DNA of 64,000 nucleotides from an uncultured Pelagibacteraceae bacterium (GCA_902528375.1 CABZSS010000004.1:8326-72325); one strand, 5' to 3'. Positions 10,019 through 19,688 are shown, numbered from the stretch's first letter. Program-made: numbers and translations. The notes: generated by a model from the sequence alone, not told the origin.

Positions 10019-10459
10019 CTAACTTTCTAAAGACTTTAATTTTTTCTTCAGTTTATCTGGTAGATTTTCGAACCATATCTTTTCTTGACCTGATACAGGA
10101 AGCACCTCTCCGTATTCAACCATTTGGGATGGTTCTAAATCAACAATATAAACCCAAACATTTGATTGATCTAATTTGGACTCTTTAGCTAATAACTTTT
10201 TTAATTGATCAATAAGATCGTCTTTGACCTCTTTGGAACGTCCTGCTCTTATTTGGCCATTAAGATAAATTTGTTCATCCTTAATAACTTTGCCCCCCAT
10301 AAAATGACTATTCTTTTTAGTTTCATTAAAAATGACTTGTGCAAAATATGTATTTGCTCCAGTAGTTTCGCTGTGAATTTTTGTTATACCCTCTGCGATT
10401 GACTTTTTTTTACTCTCATCTAATTCAAGGTTTGATGTGATAACAGTATATGTTGGCAT
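10019..10459 (-). CDS. Tautomerase superfamily, cis-CaaD/Cg10062-like hydratase/dehalogenase
   Basis: After Met removal it has Pro1, His28, Arg70, Arg73, Tyr103 and Glu114 at cis-CaaD numbering. Confidence 0.85.
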   Translation of the reverse strand: MPTYTVITSNLELDESKKKSIAEGITKIHSETTGANTYFAQVIFNETKKNSHFMGGKVIKDEQIYLNGQIRAGRSKEVKDDLIDQLKKLLAKESKLDQSNVWVYIVDLEPSQMVEYGEVLPVSGQEKIWFENLPDKLKKKLKSLES

Positions 10460-10472
10460 TACTTATTTTAAC

Positions 10473-10500
10473 TAGCAAAATTTTATTTTTCAACTATAAT
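10473..10500 (+). promoter_or_regulatory. Putative sigma70 promoter for riboswitch-thiV
   Basis: TAGCAA-N16-TATAAT. Confidence 0.5.
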
Positions 10501-10504
10501 TAAA

Positions 10505-10571
10505 AAATGGGGTGTCTTTAAAAGACTGAGATTATACCCTTAGAACCTGTCCGGTAATTCAGAAAGGGAAA
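10505..10571 (+). ncRNA. TPP (THI-box) riboswitch, variant
   Basis: GGGGTGTC...CTGAGA-TT-ATACCC-TTAGAA-CCTG...TAAT...AGGGAA directly upstream of an SSS transporter; AGGGA doubles as the SD for TTG 10575. Confidence 0.88.
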
Positions 10572-10574
10572 AAA

Positions 10575-12011
10575 TTGAATAAAACTTATTTTTTAACTCA
10601 AACTTCGTCACTAACGCTTGTTATTGCAATAAGCCTAATATTTGTTTTTTTGGGATTATATAATTCAAAAAAATACCAAGGTCTTAATAATTATTTAACT
10701 GCGAACAGAAATATTGGATTATTTTCTCTAACAACAAGCTTAACAGCCTCTGCACTAGGGGCATGGATTTTATTTGGTCCGGCTTCAGCAGCAACTTGGG
10801 GAGGAATAGGAGCTGTTGTTGGATATTCATTGGGAACAGCTTTTCCAATGTTTTTTTTAATTTATCTTGGAAAAAAAATTAGAAAAGAATTTCCTAAGGG
10901 CTCTTCTTTAATTGAATTCATGCGTAAGAGATTTGGAAAAAGCTTATTCAAACTTATCTTATTAATGACAATTTTTTATATGTTTATCTTTTTATGCGCT
11001 GAAGTAACAGCTGTCGCTGTATTAATTAATTACATTTCAGGCACTAAGCTTTGGATAACCGCTTTAATTGTCTTATTGTCTACACTTGCTTATACTTTAT
11101 ATGGAGGTTTAAGAGCTTCTATATTTACTGATAATATTCAAATGATTGTGATAGGAGCGCTTTTATTAATTTCTTTAGTTTTCATAAAATCTTTTATTGG
11201 AGCTGAATTTTCATTTGAATTTATAAATGAAAAAAATCCTCAGCTTTTAAGTTCTTCGTATATTCCCAGTTATACCGCAGGTCTGACTTTTTTTATCGCA
11301 GTTGCTGCAACTAATTTATTTCATCAGGGCAATTGGCAAAGGGTATATGCAGCAAAAAATTTTGAAACTTTAAGAAAAAGTTTAATAATATCTTTCTTTA
11401 TAATTATTCCTATAGTTTTTTATATGGGTTTTACTGGAATGGTAGCATTTTCCATAGATCCGACAACCAGACCTGATCTCGGATTTTTTATGTTATTGCT
11501 TAAAGAGCAAAAAGAATTATTGTCATTATTAGTAATTGTATTAGGTTTAGCCCTAACAATTTCAACTGTTGATACTTTGGTAAATGCAATATCAAGTCTA
11601 ATAGTAATTGATGGTAAAGCAACATTCAATTTTATTAAAAAGATAAATTACTTAAATTTATCTAAATATATAATCTTATTTTTATCTTTTATCTCTTTTA
11701 TAGTCGCATCTAAAGGGTATGATATTTTGTATTTGTTTTTATTAGCCGATTTATTTTGTTGTGCATTTGTACTTACAGTTTTCTATAGTTTTTACGATAA
11801 AAAAATTAATGAAAGAACGGCGTATGTTTCAATTATTTTAGGTTTGATTTTTGGATTTTTATTGTTTCCAACACCAGACTTTTCAAAAAGTTTATTGGTT
11901 GGAATTATAGTACCCACTGAATTTTTTCCACCGTTTTTAGTTCAAAATTTACTTTTTTGGTCATTTATTGCCGCAACATTAGGACCAATGATATCTTGGA
12001 AAATAAAGTAA
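10575..12011 (+). CDS. thiV: Sodium:solute symporter, thiamin-precursor (HMP) transporter ThiV-like
   Basis: Multi-TM SSS family (YTLYGGLRASIFTD, HQGNWQRVYAA) under a TPP riboswitch, as described for SAR11 ThiV. Confidence 0.8.
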   Translation: MNKTYFLTQTSSLTLVIAISLIFVFLGLYNSKKYQGLNNYLTANRNIGLFSLTTSLTASALGAWILFGPASAATWGGIGAVVGYSLGTAFPMFFLIYLGKKIRKEFPKGSSLIEFMRKRFGKSLFKLILLMTIFYMFIFLCAEVTAVAVLINYISGTKLWITALIVLLSTLAYTLYGGLRASIFTDNIQMIVIGALLLISLVFIKSFIGAEFSFEFINEKNPQLLSSSYIPSYTAGLTFFIAVAATNLFHQGNWQRVYAAKNFETLRKSLIISFFIIIPIVFYMGFTGMVAFSIDPTTRPDLGFFMLLLKEQKELLSLLVIVLGLALTISTVDTLVNAISSLIVIDGKATFNFIKKINYLNLSKYIILFLSFISFIVASKGYDILYLFLLADLFCCAFVLTVFYSFYDKKINERTAYVSIILGLIFGFLLFPTPDFSKSLLVGIIVPTEFFPPFLVQNLLFWSFIAATLGPMISWKIK

Positions 12012-12030
12012 AATAAGTAATATAAATCTA

Positions 12031-13140
12031 ATGCTAAATTTTATATTACCGTTTTTAATTCTTATTCTTGTTGTTGTTTTTATACACGAATATGGACATT
12101 ATTATTTTGCAAAAAAATATGGTGTAAAGGTTACTGATTTTTCAATTGGATTTGGAAAAGAAATATTTGGTTGGAACGATAGCTCCGGTACAAGATGGAA
12201 GATTTGCTGGATTCCATTAGGTGGCTATGTAAAATTTTTCGGTGATAGAAATGTTTTTTCACAAGCTGATCAAGAAGAATTGATTAAAAAATATGACGAA
12301 AAAGAAAGGCAAAAACTATTTGTTTTAAAACCTCTTTATCAAAGAGCTGTAATTGTTGCGGCTGGTCCAATAGCAAATTTTTTGTTAGCAATACTCATAT
12401 TTTTCATGATTAACGTTTTTGTTGGTAAAGACTTTACCCCTCCAATGATAAGTGAAGTAACCAAAGAAAGCCCTGCCTATGTTGCTGGACTGGAGAAAAA
12501 TGATGTAATTTTATCAATTGATAAAAACGAAGTAAAAAGCATTTTGGATGTTTCAAAATTCATAACAATGTCTACTTCTGAATTTATTGATTTTAAAGTT
12601 TCGAGATATGATAAAGAGATTTTAATAAAAGTAAAACCTCAGACCTTAGATGGTGAAGATAATCTTGGTAATAAAATTAAAAAAAGAACAGTTGGAATAA
12701 AAATTATTCCATATCAAAATACTATCAATCATCAAAAACTGGGCCCAGCAAAAGCGATTTATTATTCAGTTTCTGAGGTGTATTATGTCACCACCTCAAC
12801 GTTAAAATACTTGGGTTCTATAATTGCGGGCTCAGGGGATAGCTCTCAATTAGGTGGTCCAATCAGAATAGCTAAAATTTCAGGCCAAGTTGCTGAGTTT
12901 GGAATATTACCATTTTTAAGTATGATGGCTTATATATCTATAAGTTTAGGTTTAATTAATTTATTCCCAATTCCATTATTAGATGGTGGTCATTTGATGT
13001 TTTATGGTTTTGAAAAAGTTTTAGGTAAGCCATTAAGCCAAAAAACACAGGAGGGTTTTTTTCGAATCGGAATGTTTCTACTTCTATCTTTAATGTTTTT
13101 TGCAACTATTAATGACCTAAGAGATTTAGGCTTTTTTTAA
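12031..13140 (+). CDS. rseP: RIP metalloprotease RseP
   Basis: HEYGH zinc motif, PDZ domain, NLFPIPLLDGG. Confidence 0.95.
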   Translation: MLNFILPFLILILVVVFIHEYGHYYFAKKYGVKVTDFSIGFGKEIFGWNDSSGTRWKICWIPLGGYVKFFGDRNVFSQADQEELIKKYDEKERQKLFVLKPLYQRAVIVAAGPIANFLLAILIFFMINVFVGKDFTPPMISEVTKESPAYVAGLEKNDVILSIDKNEVKSILDVSKFITMSTSEFIDFKVSRYDKEILIKVKPQTLDGEDNLGNKIKKRTVGIKIIPYQNTINHQKLGPAKAIYYSVSEVYYVTTSTLKYLGSIIAGSGDSSQLGGPIRIAKISGQVAEFGILPFLSMMAYISISLGLINLFPIPLLDGGHLMFYGFEKVLGKPLSQKTQEGFFRIGMFLLLSLMFFATINDLRDLGFF

Positions 13141-13292
13141 CTTATATATAAAGAGTATCAAAAAAATCAATAAATCCAGGGTTTATTTGTACACAATATC
13201 TTGTGTTAAAAACCAAATTAAACACTAAAAAAAAGCTTGATTTTAAAGGCATTTTGTAAACTATGTAATTAACCTTTAAAACCGGAGCTAAA

Positions 13293-13568
13293 ATGAACAA
13301 AAAACAATTAGTCGCTAAATTAGCAGGTTCTTTAAACCAAAGTAAAGCTGATGCTGAGCGAACTTTTGATACCATCACAAATACAATATTAGATGCGTTG
13401 AAAAATGATGACTCAGTGAAAATAGCTGGTTTTGGAACGTATAAAGTTGCTAAGAGAAAAGCTAGAATTGGACGAAACCCAAGAACTGGAGAACAAATCC
13501 AAATTGCTGCATCTCAAAAAGTTAAGTTTTTACCTGCAAAAGCGCTTAAAGAAATATTCAATAAATAA
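13293..13568 (+). CDS. hup: DNA-binding protein HU
   Basis: MNKKQLV..., GFGTYKVAKRKARIGRNPRTGE. Confidence 0.95.
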   Translation: MNKKQLVAKLAGSLNQSKADAERTFDTITNTILDALKNDDSVKIAGFGTYKVAKRKARIGRNPRTGEQIQIAASQKVKFLPAKALKEIFNK

Positions 13569-13580
13569 ATATTTCCTCTG

Positions 13581-13618
13581 AACAGCCTTTATTAATATAA
13601 AAGTTAATAAGGGCTGTT
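13581..13618 (+). terminator. Hairpin downstream of HU gene
   Basis: AACAGCCTTTATTAA...TTAATAAGGGCTGTT inverted repeat. Confidence 0.7.
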
Positions 13619-13715
13619 TCTATATGCAAAATATGCATATCTATATTATCCAATAAACATTAGTTTTTATTAACCTAGTTTATAATGTTCTCTTTTTTAA
13701 CAAGGGAGAAAATTT

Positions 13716-15017
13716 ATGAAAAAACATTTAAGGAAATTAGTTGGTCCCGTAGTAAGCTTGTTTTTCTTACTAAGTATGACAAGTACTGGTTATGCGGATT
13801 CAACTGTTTCAGCAGAAGTAGGATTCATTTTTAATACTTTCCTTTTTCTAGTTTGCGGATTTTTGGTCATGTTTATGGCTGCAGGATTTGCTATGTTAGA
13901 GGCAGGAAGTGTAACATCTAAAAGTGTATCTGTAATTTGTGCAAAAAACATTGGATTATTTTCAATAGCTGGAATGATGTTCTGGCTTTTTGGATACAAT
14001 TTAGCATATGGAATACCAGAAGGTGGATATATTGGTAGTTTTTTACCATGGTCGGATGCTAGTAAAGTAGATACTGGTTATTCAGATGGTTCAGATTGGT
14101 ATTTCCAAATGGTCTTTTGTGCAACAACTGTTTCGATTGTTTCAGGAACATTAGCTGAAAGAATCAAACTATGGCCTTTCTTTTTATTTGCAGCAATATT
14201 AGCAGGAATTATCTATCCAATCGTTATGGGTTGGCAATGGGGTGGTGGCTGGTTAGCTTCCGCAGGTTTCTCTGATTTCGCTGGTTCAACATTAGTCCAC
14301 TCGACAGGTGGTGCAGCAGCATTAGCTGGAGCGTTGTTATTGGGTCCAAGATTAGGTAGATTTACGAAATCTGGTTCACCTGCTCCAATGAAACCATTTG
14401 CAGCTTCATCAATACCTTTAATAACAGTTGGTGTATTTATTTTATGGCTGGGTTGGTTTGGATTTAATGGCGGTTCGCAATTGGCAATGGGAACAGCTGA
14501 TGATGCAATTGCTGTATCAACAATCTTTATGAACACGTTTTTAGCTGGCGCAGGTGGTGTAATGGCTGCTGCTACAGTTACAAGATTAGGATTTGGTAAA
14601 ACAGATGTAATTCAAATGTTAAATGGATGTATTGGTGGTCTAGTTGCTATAACTGCAGAACCATTAATGCCATCACCGTTTGCAGCAATTTTAATTGGTG
14701 CTGTAGGAGGTGTAGTTGTTGTTTATGGAACGAAGCTGTTATTCGCTCTTAAAATAGACGACGTTGTTGGTGCTATCCCAGCACACTTGTTCGCAGGTAT
14801 TTGGGGTACGTTAGCAGTTCCGTTAACAAATCCAGACACAACTTTTGGTGCTCAGTTTTTAGGCGTAATCTCAATCAATGTATTTGTGTTTATAGTTGCC
14901 CTAGCAGTATGGGGAGCTATGAAAGCTACAATTGGTATAAGATTAAGTAAAGAAGCTGAACTCAAAGGAACCGACGTCATTGAAACTGGCGTAATCGGTT
15001 ACGCAATAAGAGATTAA
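13716..15017 (+). CDS. amtB: Ammonium transporter
   Basis: FMAAGFAMLEAG, FQMVFCAT, DFAGSTLVH, WFGFNGGS, IDDVVGAIPAH. Confidence 0.96.
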   Translation: MKKHLRKLVGPVVSLFFLLSMTSTGYADSTVSAEVGFIFNTFLFLVCGFLVMFMAAGFAMLEAGSVTSKSVSVICAKNIGLFSIAGMMFWLFGYNLAYGIPEGGYIGSFLPWSDASKVDTGYSDGSDWYFQMVFCATTVSIVSGTLAERIKLWPFFLFAAILAGIIYPIVMGWQWGGGWLASAGFSDFAGSTLVHSTGGAAALAGALLLGPRLGRFTKSGSPAPMKPFAASSIPLITVGVFILWLGWFGFNGGSQLAMGTADDAIAVSTIFMNTFLAGAGGVMAAATVTRLGFGKTDVIQMLNGCIGGLVAITAEPLMPSPFAAILIGAVGGVVVVYGTKLLFALKIDDVVGAIPAHLFAGIWGTLAVPLTNPDTTFGAQFLGVISINVFVFIVALAVWGAMKATIGIRLSKEAELKGTDVIETGVIGYAIRD

Positions 15018-15044
15018 TCATCTCTCCCTCTTGGTTAGACGATT

Positions 15045-15076
15045 AAAAGGCCTCCTAGAAATAGGAGGCCTTTTTT
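15045..15076. terminator. Bidirectional rho-independent terminator between amtB and bcp
   Basis: AAAAGGCCTCCTA-GAAA-TAGGAGGCCTTTTTT. Confidence 0.92.
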
Positions 15077-15527
15077 ATTGTATATTTATAATACAATCTA
15101 AAACTTCCTGAGCATGATTTTTCACACGGACGGATCTCCATTCTTTAATAATTTTTTTGTTTTTAATTAAAAAGCTACTTCTTATTAATCCCATAAATTC
15201 TTTACCCATAAATTGCTTCTTTCCCCAAACTTTATATGCCTTTATTGCAATTTTTTTTTCATCAGAAAGTAAATCAAATTTAATTTTATATTTTTTTTTA
15301 AATTTTTTATGACTTTCCAAACTATCTTTTGATATCCCGTAAACACTGCAATTATTTTTGGAAAATTTACTTATAAGATTATTGAAATCCTTTGTTTCTA
15401 ACGTACACCCAGGGGTATCATCTTTTGGATAAAAATATAAAACAATAAGTTTTGATTTAATTTTGTTTAATTCTATAACTTCATTAGAGGTACTCATTAA
15501 CTTAAAATTTGGAGCTTTAACGGTCAT
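15075..15527 (-). CDS. bcp: Peroxiredoxin BCP/PrxQ
   Basis: LYFYPKDDTPGCTLE active-site motif. Confidence 0.92.
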   Translation of the reverse strand: MTVKAPNFKLMSTSNEVIELNKIKSKLIVLYFYPKDDTPGCTLETKDFNNLISKFSKNNCSVYGISKDSLESHKKFKKKYKIKFDLLSDEKKIAIKAYKVWGKKQFMGKEFMGLIRSSFLIKNKKIIKEWRSVRVKNHAQEVLDCIINIQ

Positions 15528-16519
15528 CGGTCAATTTTATTTTCTTCCCAGAGTTTTTTAATGTCTATAAATGGTGATAAACCGTAACTTGAATTAACGT
15601 TAGTCATATGTATCGCTAATGATTTTATAGGTGAAATACCAATTTCACTCTCTAAAATTTTATTTAAATATTTTTCAAAAGGTTCGTGTCTTTTCTCGCA
15701 AGTTTTTTCAAAATTGTTTATATGTTTTTGAAACATTTTCTTTGAGATCATAAATGTGCAAAGCATTTTTGTGATCGTTCGCCAATGTTGTCGACTTCCA
15801 ATTAATATATTAGTTTTTTCATTATTCATATAATTAAAAGGATAATCGCTTGGACAAATTATAATTTCATCTTTATGTTGAGAGCTTATTCTTTCATAGG
15901 TATTTAACATATCAACCAATGAATGCTCATAATGAAGATAATCATCCTCTACAAAATATATAAGATCAGATTGATCTTTTTTTGCAATTTCAAAGCATTT
16001 TAATAAACTTGAGAGATTTCCCAATGTTTCTTGATTATTTTCAGCTGTTATTTTTTCTTTGTGTTCGCTTTTATCGTGATGAATAATTTCACAGTTTACA
16101 CTATGAGTGTTTATTAAGTCTTTTAATTTTTTGAGATTTTCGTCACTTGAATCGTCATCAATAACTTGAAATTTTATTGAAGTATCTGGCTTACGTTCCT
16201 TAATTTTTTTAATAGATTTAATTACAGAATTTAAACATCTTAAAGCATACTCAATTTTAGGTTTCTCAAATATTCTTTTTTTGTTTTGATCCCAAATTTC
16301 AATATTAGTATTTGTTCTAAAAATAATACTTAAGCTCTGAATTTTTCTAGTTAATTTAACTTCACCTAAAGGTAATACTATTGACTTTTTTATATTTGAG
16401 AGTTTTTTATTTAATTCCTTATTCAAAGTAGGAGAATTAAATTCATTCTGATCAATTATTTCAAAACCTAATAATTTAGAAAACTTAATAAATAATTTTT
16501 TAAAGGTGTTTTTTTTCAT
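15524..16519 (-). CDS. GT-A fold glycosyltransferase-like protein
   Basis: VIDDDS and YFVEDDYLH acidic motifs typical of GT2-like folds. Confidence 0.6.
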   Translation of the reverse strand: MKKNTFKKLFIKFSKLLGFEIIDQNEFNSPTLNKELNKKLSNIKKSIVLPLGEVKLTRKIQSLSIIFRTNTNIEIWDQNKKRIFEKPKIEYALRCLNSVIKSIKKIKERKPDTSIKFQVIDDDSSDENLKKLKDLINTHSVNCEIIHHDKSEHKEKITAENNQETLGNLSSLLKCFEIAKKDQSDLIYFVEDDYLHYEHSLVDMLNTYERISSQHKDEIIICPSDYPFNYMNNEKTNILIGSRQHWRTITKMLCTFMISKKMFQKHINNFEKTCEKRHEPFEKYLNKILESEIGISPIKSLAIHMTNVNSSYGLSPFIDIKKLWEENKIDR

Positions 16520-16547
16520 TTAATCTGATAATAAAATATATATAATT

Positions 16548-16931
16548 ATGACAATTAAATCATCCAAAGAACTTGTAAATGATGCATTGAAAGAAATCAA
16601 AACGATTTCTCACTCAGAGGCTTCAAAATTACATAACGATGGTAGTTGTAATTTAATAGATATAAGAGATGTTAGAGAGCTTGAAAAAGAGGGAAGAGTA
16701 AAAGGATCATTACACATCCCGAGGGGAATGCTCGAATTTTGGATTGATCCAAATAGCGCATATTACAAACAAGGAAAAATCGATCCATCTAAAGAGATAG
16801 TTCTTTTTTGTGCAGGAGGATTAAGATCTGCGTTAGCTGCAAAATCTCTCCAAGATATGGGTTTTAAAAATGTATCCCATGTTGATGGTGGATTTGGTGC
16901 TATTAAAGATGGTGACTTTGAAATTAGTTAA
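16548..16931 (+). CDS. Rhodanese-like sulfurtransferase
   Basis: IDIRD...PRGMLEF...FCAGGLRSALAA..L..MGF. Confidence 0.9.
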   Translation: MTIKSSKELVNDALKEIKTISHSEASKLHNDGSCNLIDIRDVRELEKEGRVKGSLHIPRGMLEFWIDPNSAYYKQGKIDPSKEIVLFCAGGLRSALAAKSLQDMGFKNVSHVDGGFGAIKDGDFEIS

Positions 16932-17508
16932 AAAATTCTTCTATAGCGTAATCTAATCTGTCCTGACCCCAAAATATTTTGTTATTACAAATAAACGTTG
17001 GTGCTCCAAAGATTTTCTTATCATAAGCATCTTGTGTCAATTTTATCAATTTTTCTTTTGTTTCTTTATTAGAGACATTCTTTAAAAAAGTATTTACGTT
17101 TATTTCAAGATCCTCTAGTTTATTCTTAAAAATATCATTATCAGAGAGATTTATATTATCTTTCCAATATGCATCAAAAAAAAAATCGATATAATTATCT
17201 AATATATCTTTACTTGTTACTAAAGATCCCCTCATTAAATTAAGAGAGCTTATTGGAAAATAATCATTAAATTTGAAATCGATTTTAAATTTTTTCGAAA
17301 CCATTTCACAGTCTAACCTCATAAACTCATTTTTGTTTTTAATAAATGCATTAGCTGTAATTCCTGCTAATTTATGCAATCCTCCTAGTAGCATTGGACA
17401 GTAAATAAATTTAACAAACCCTTTTTTCTGAATTTCTCTAATTCTTTTGTGCGCTATATAAGTGTATGGACTTGAAAAATCGTAATAAAATAAAATCTCT
17501 TTAGTCAT
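16924..17508 (-). CDS. 2-hydroxychromene-2-carboxylate isomerase / kappa-GST (DsbA family)
   Basis: YYDFSSPYTY, FGAPTF...FWGQDRL. Confidence 0.88.
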   Translation of the reverse strand: MTKEILFYYDFSSPYTYIAHKRIREIQKKGFVKFIYCPMLLGGLHKLAGITANAFIKNKNEFMRLDCEMVSKKFKIDFKFNDYFPISSLNLMRGSLVTSKDILDNYIDFFFDAYWKDNINLSDNDIFKNKLEDLEINVNTFLKNVSNKETKEKLIKLTQDAYDKKIFGAPTFICNNKIFWGQDRLDYAIEEFFN

Positions 17509-17974
17509 ATAACGACATTCTTCTTGCGAAAAAAATCCTGATTAACCAATATATAAACAATCCAAGAGGACCTATAAAATAGGTAACAAGCAAAGGAAGA
17601 AAAGTTAAAAATTTAGAGATCGAGAGCTTTATGCTATCAGAAACAATCCATGCGCCACAGAATAAATTAATAGACAAAAAATGACACCAGAACATTATTA
17701 AAAAACCTTTTTCAGAAAAAAGGTCCAATAGATTTTCAAGACCTAAATAAAGCGTAAAATTATTTTGAAAATTAAAGTCAGATATAAAGAAATAGTATAA
17801 TAAATAAACATAAACAAAGGAAAAAATCATGAAAGGGAAAATTGATCTTACTAAATACTTACTCATAAAAGAGTAAGGAAAAAAAAACAAAACTATCCAA
17901 AAAGGAAGAACACCTAAATTCAACCAAAGATAGATCATTTCAATTGTAAAGAAATTATTAATTTGTTCAAACAT
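17501..17974 (-). CDS. ABA4-like (DUF4281) membrane protein
   Basis: VLPFW, WCHFLSINLFCGAWI, GPLGL. Confidence 0.8.
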   Translation of the reverse strand: MFEQINNFFTIEMIYLWLNLGVLPFWIVLFFFPYSFMSKYLVRSIFPFMIFSFVYVYLLYYFFISDFNFQNNFTLYLGLENLLDLFSEKGFLIMFWCHFLSINLFCGAWIVSDSIKLSISKFLTFLPLLVTYFIGPLGLFIYWLIRIFFARRMSLYD

Positions 17975-18002
17975 TTAAGGTTATAATATAATAAAAATTG
18001 TA

Positions 18003-18566
18003 ATGATTCCCTTTAAAAATAAAAAAAAAAATTTAGAATTTACTGTATCAGAGATAAGAGATTTTTCCTTAAAATATATTGAAAAATACGCACCTTCTAA
18101 ACAACAACTGAGAACATATTTGTTAAAGAAATATCTAAAATCTGGATCCACAAATATAAAAAAGAGCGATTATCAAAACCTTATAGATATTGTCTTATCT
18201 GACTTAGAAGAGTCTAAATTTATTAATGACCGATTTTACTCTGAAAGCAAAGCAAAAAACTTGATTCAAAGAGGTAGTTCCATAAACAAAATTAGAAGTT
18301 ATTTATTTTCTAAAGGAGTCAAAGACAAGTTTGTAAAAGAAACACTTGATAAGATAAAAGAAAATAATGATGATCAAGATTTCTTTTCTGCAATCAAAGT
18401 CTGTAAAAAGAAAAAAATTGGACCACATAGATCAGAGGATAACAGACCAATTTTTTTTAAAAAAGATATTGGAATTTTAGCAAGAAACGGATTTAGCTTC
18501 GAAACTTCGAAAAGGATAATGGATTTATCAAAAGAAGAATACGAAAAAATTATTCGTCTTTTGTAA
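18003..18566 (+). CDS. recX: RecX-family regulatory protein
   Basis: YIEKY..SKQQLR..L, FINDRFYSES....RGSS...IR..L..KG, LARNGFS. Confidence 0.8.
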   Translation: MIPFKNKKKNLEFTVSEIRDFSLKYIEKYAPSKQQLRTYLLKKYLKSGSTNIKKSDYQNLIDIVLSDLEESKFINDRFYSESKAKNLIQRGSSINKIRSYLFSKGVKDKFVKETLDKIKENNDDQDFFSAIKVCKKKKIGPHRSEDNRPIFFKKDIGILARNGFSFETSKRIMDLSKEEYEKIIRLL

Positions 18567-18699
18567 TTTTTTGATTTTTTTTATTTAAGTAATAATCTAA
18601 TTTTGATTTAATATAGTTTTTTACTATTACAAAAACTATCAAACCAAATATGGAAACTGAAACTATAATAATTAATATAATTCTTAATTGATCATCCAT
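18550..18699 (-). CDS. Small single-TM protein (49 aa), not in ORF track
   Basis: MDDQLRIILIIIVSVSIFGLIVFVIVKNYIKSKLDYYLNKKNQKITKDE; start overlaps the cysQ 3' end. Confidence 0.55.
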   Translation of the reverse strand: MDDQLRIILIIIVSVSIFGLIVFVIVKNYIKSKLDYYLNKKNQKITKDE

Positions 18700-19474
18700 T
18701 ATTTAATCTCGCACTTTTTAAAATAATACCAGGATTTTTAAAATCTTTTTTCCCATAATAAATTTTCTTTCCATCCATGTCAGTAATAGAACCACCAGAA
18801 TTAGTTAGAATTGCATCTCCTGCCGCAATATCCCACTCTGATGCTCGAGGTTCAGCTACATATAAATCAAACTCACCTGCTGCAACAACACAGAATTTGA
18901 GCGAACTTTTCATTTTTGTATAATTAGTTACTTTAAATTTATCATGGACATCTTTGATTTCTTTTTTAAGTATATCTGAATAACTTACAGCCTTAATATT
19001 TTTTTGATCATTTTTATTTATTTTAGAGTTTAACAACTGAGCTTTATCATTAATAATCTCGAATGAATTCCCATTACCATATGTATAAAATAATCTATTT
19101 TTTGCCGGGGCACTAATAATACCTATTTCAGGAGCTTTATTAATAATGAGGGCAGCATTTACAGTAAATTCATCTTTATTATTAATATAATCATAAGTGC
19201 CATCTATTGGATCGATAAGCCAAAAAGTTGAGAGATTGTCCGAATTTTTATTCAATGAAGTTTCTTCAGAAACTATTGGAATGTTTGGAGTTAATTCACT
19301 AATCTTATCTATCAATATCTTATTAACTTCAAGATCACCATTTGTGACTGGTGTATTATCTTCTTTGATAGTTTCTTTAAGACCTTTTTTTCTTAATGAC
19401 AAAGATAATTTGCTTGCTGTTTCGAAAGTGCCGATTAAATCTAGCACAATTTTTTTCTTCCCCTCTAAATCCAT
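18692..19474 (-). CDS. cysQ: 3'(2'),5'-bisphosphate nucleotidase (inositol monophosphatase family)
   Basis: TPVTNGD, VSEE, WLIDPIDGT, SSLKFC, EWDIAAG. Confidence 0.88.
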   Translation of the reverse strand: MDLEGKKKIVLDLIGTFETASKLSLSLRKKGLKETIKEDNTPVTNGDLEVNKILIDKISELTPNIPIVSEETSLNKNSDNLSTFWLIDPIDGTYDYINNKDEFTVNAALIINKAPEIGIISAPAKNRLFYTYGNGNSFEIINDKAQLLNSKINKNDQKNIKAVSYSDILKKEIKDVHDKFKVTNYTKMKSSLKFCVVAAGEFDLYVAEPRASEWDIAAGDAILTNSGGSITDMDGKKIYYGKKDFKNPGIILKSARLNNG

Positions 19475-19480
19475 TTTTGA

Positions 19481-19645
19481 TCAAATCCTTATTAATTCAA
19501 TTAAATTAGCGTTGATTACTTTTTTACCAACATTTTCAAAATTTACAGTAACTTTTTCTTTTATAATTGATTGAACTTGTCCTATGCCCCAATCTTTATT
19601 TTTAGGATTAATCACTTTGTCGCCTGGTTCATAGTCTAAAATCAT
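19481..19645 (-). CDS. DUF3553 family small protein (54 aa), not in ORF track
   Basis: MILDYEPGDKVINPKNKDWGIGQVQSIIKEKVTVNFENVGKKVINANLIELIRI; WGxGQVQS..TVNFE..GK signature. Confidence 0.85.
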   Translation of the reverse strand: MILDYEPGDKVINPKNKDWGIGQVQSIIKEKVTVNFENVGKKVINANLIELIRI

Positions 19646-19688
19646 TTAATTTAGTTTTTAAAGCAAAAATAGTATAATTTTAAAGTTT

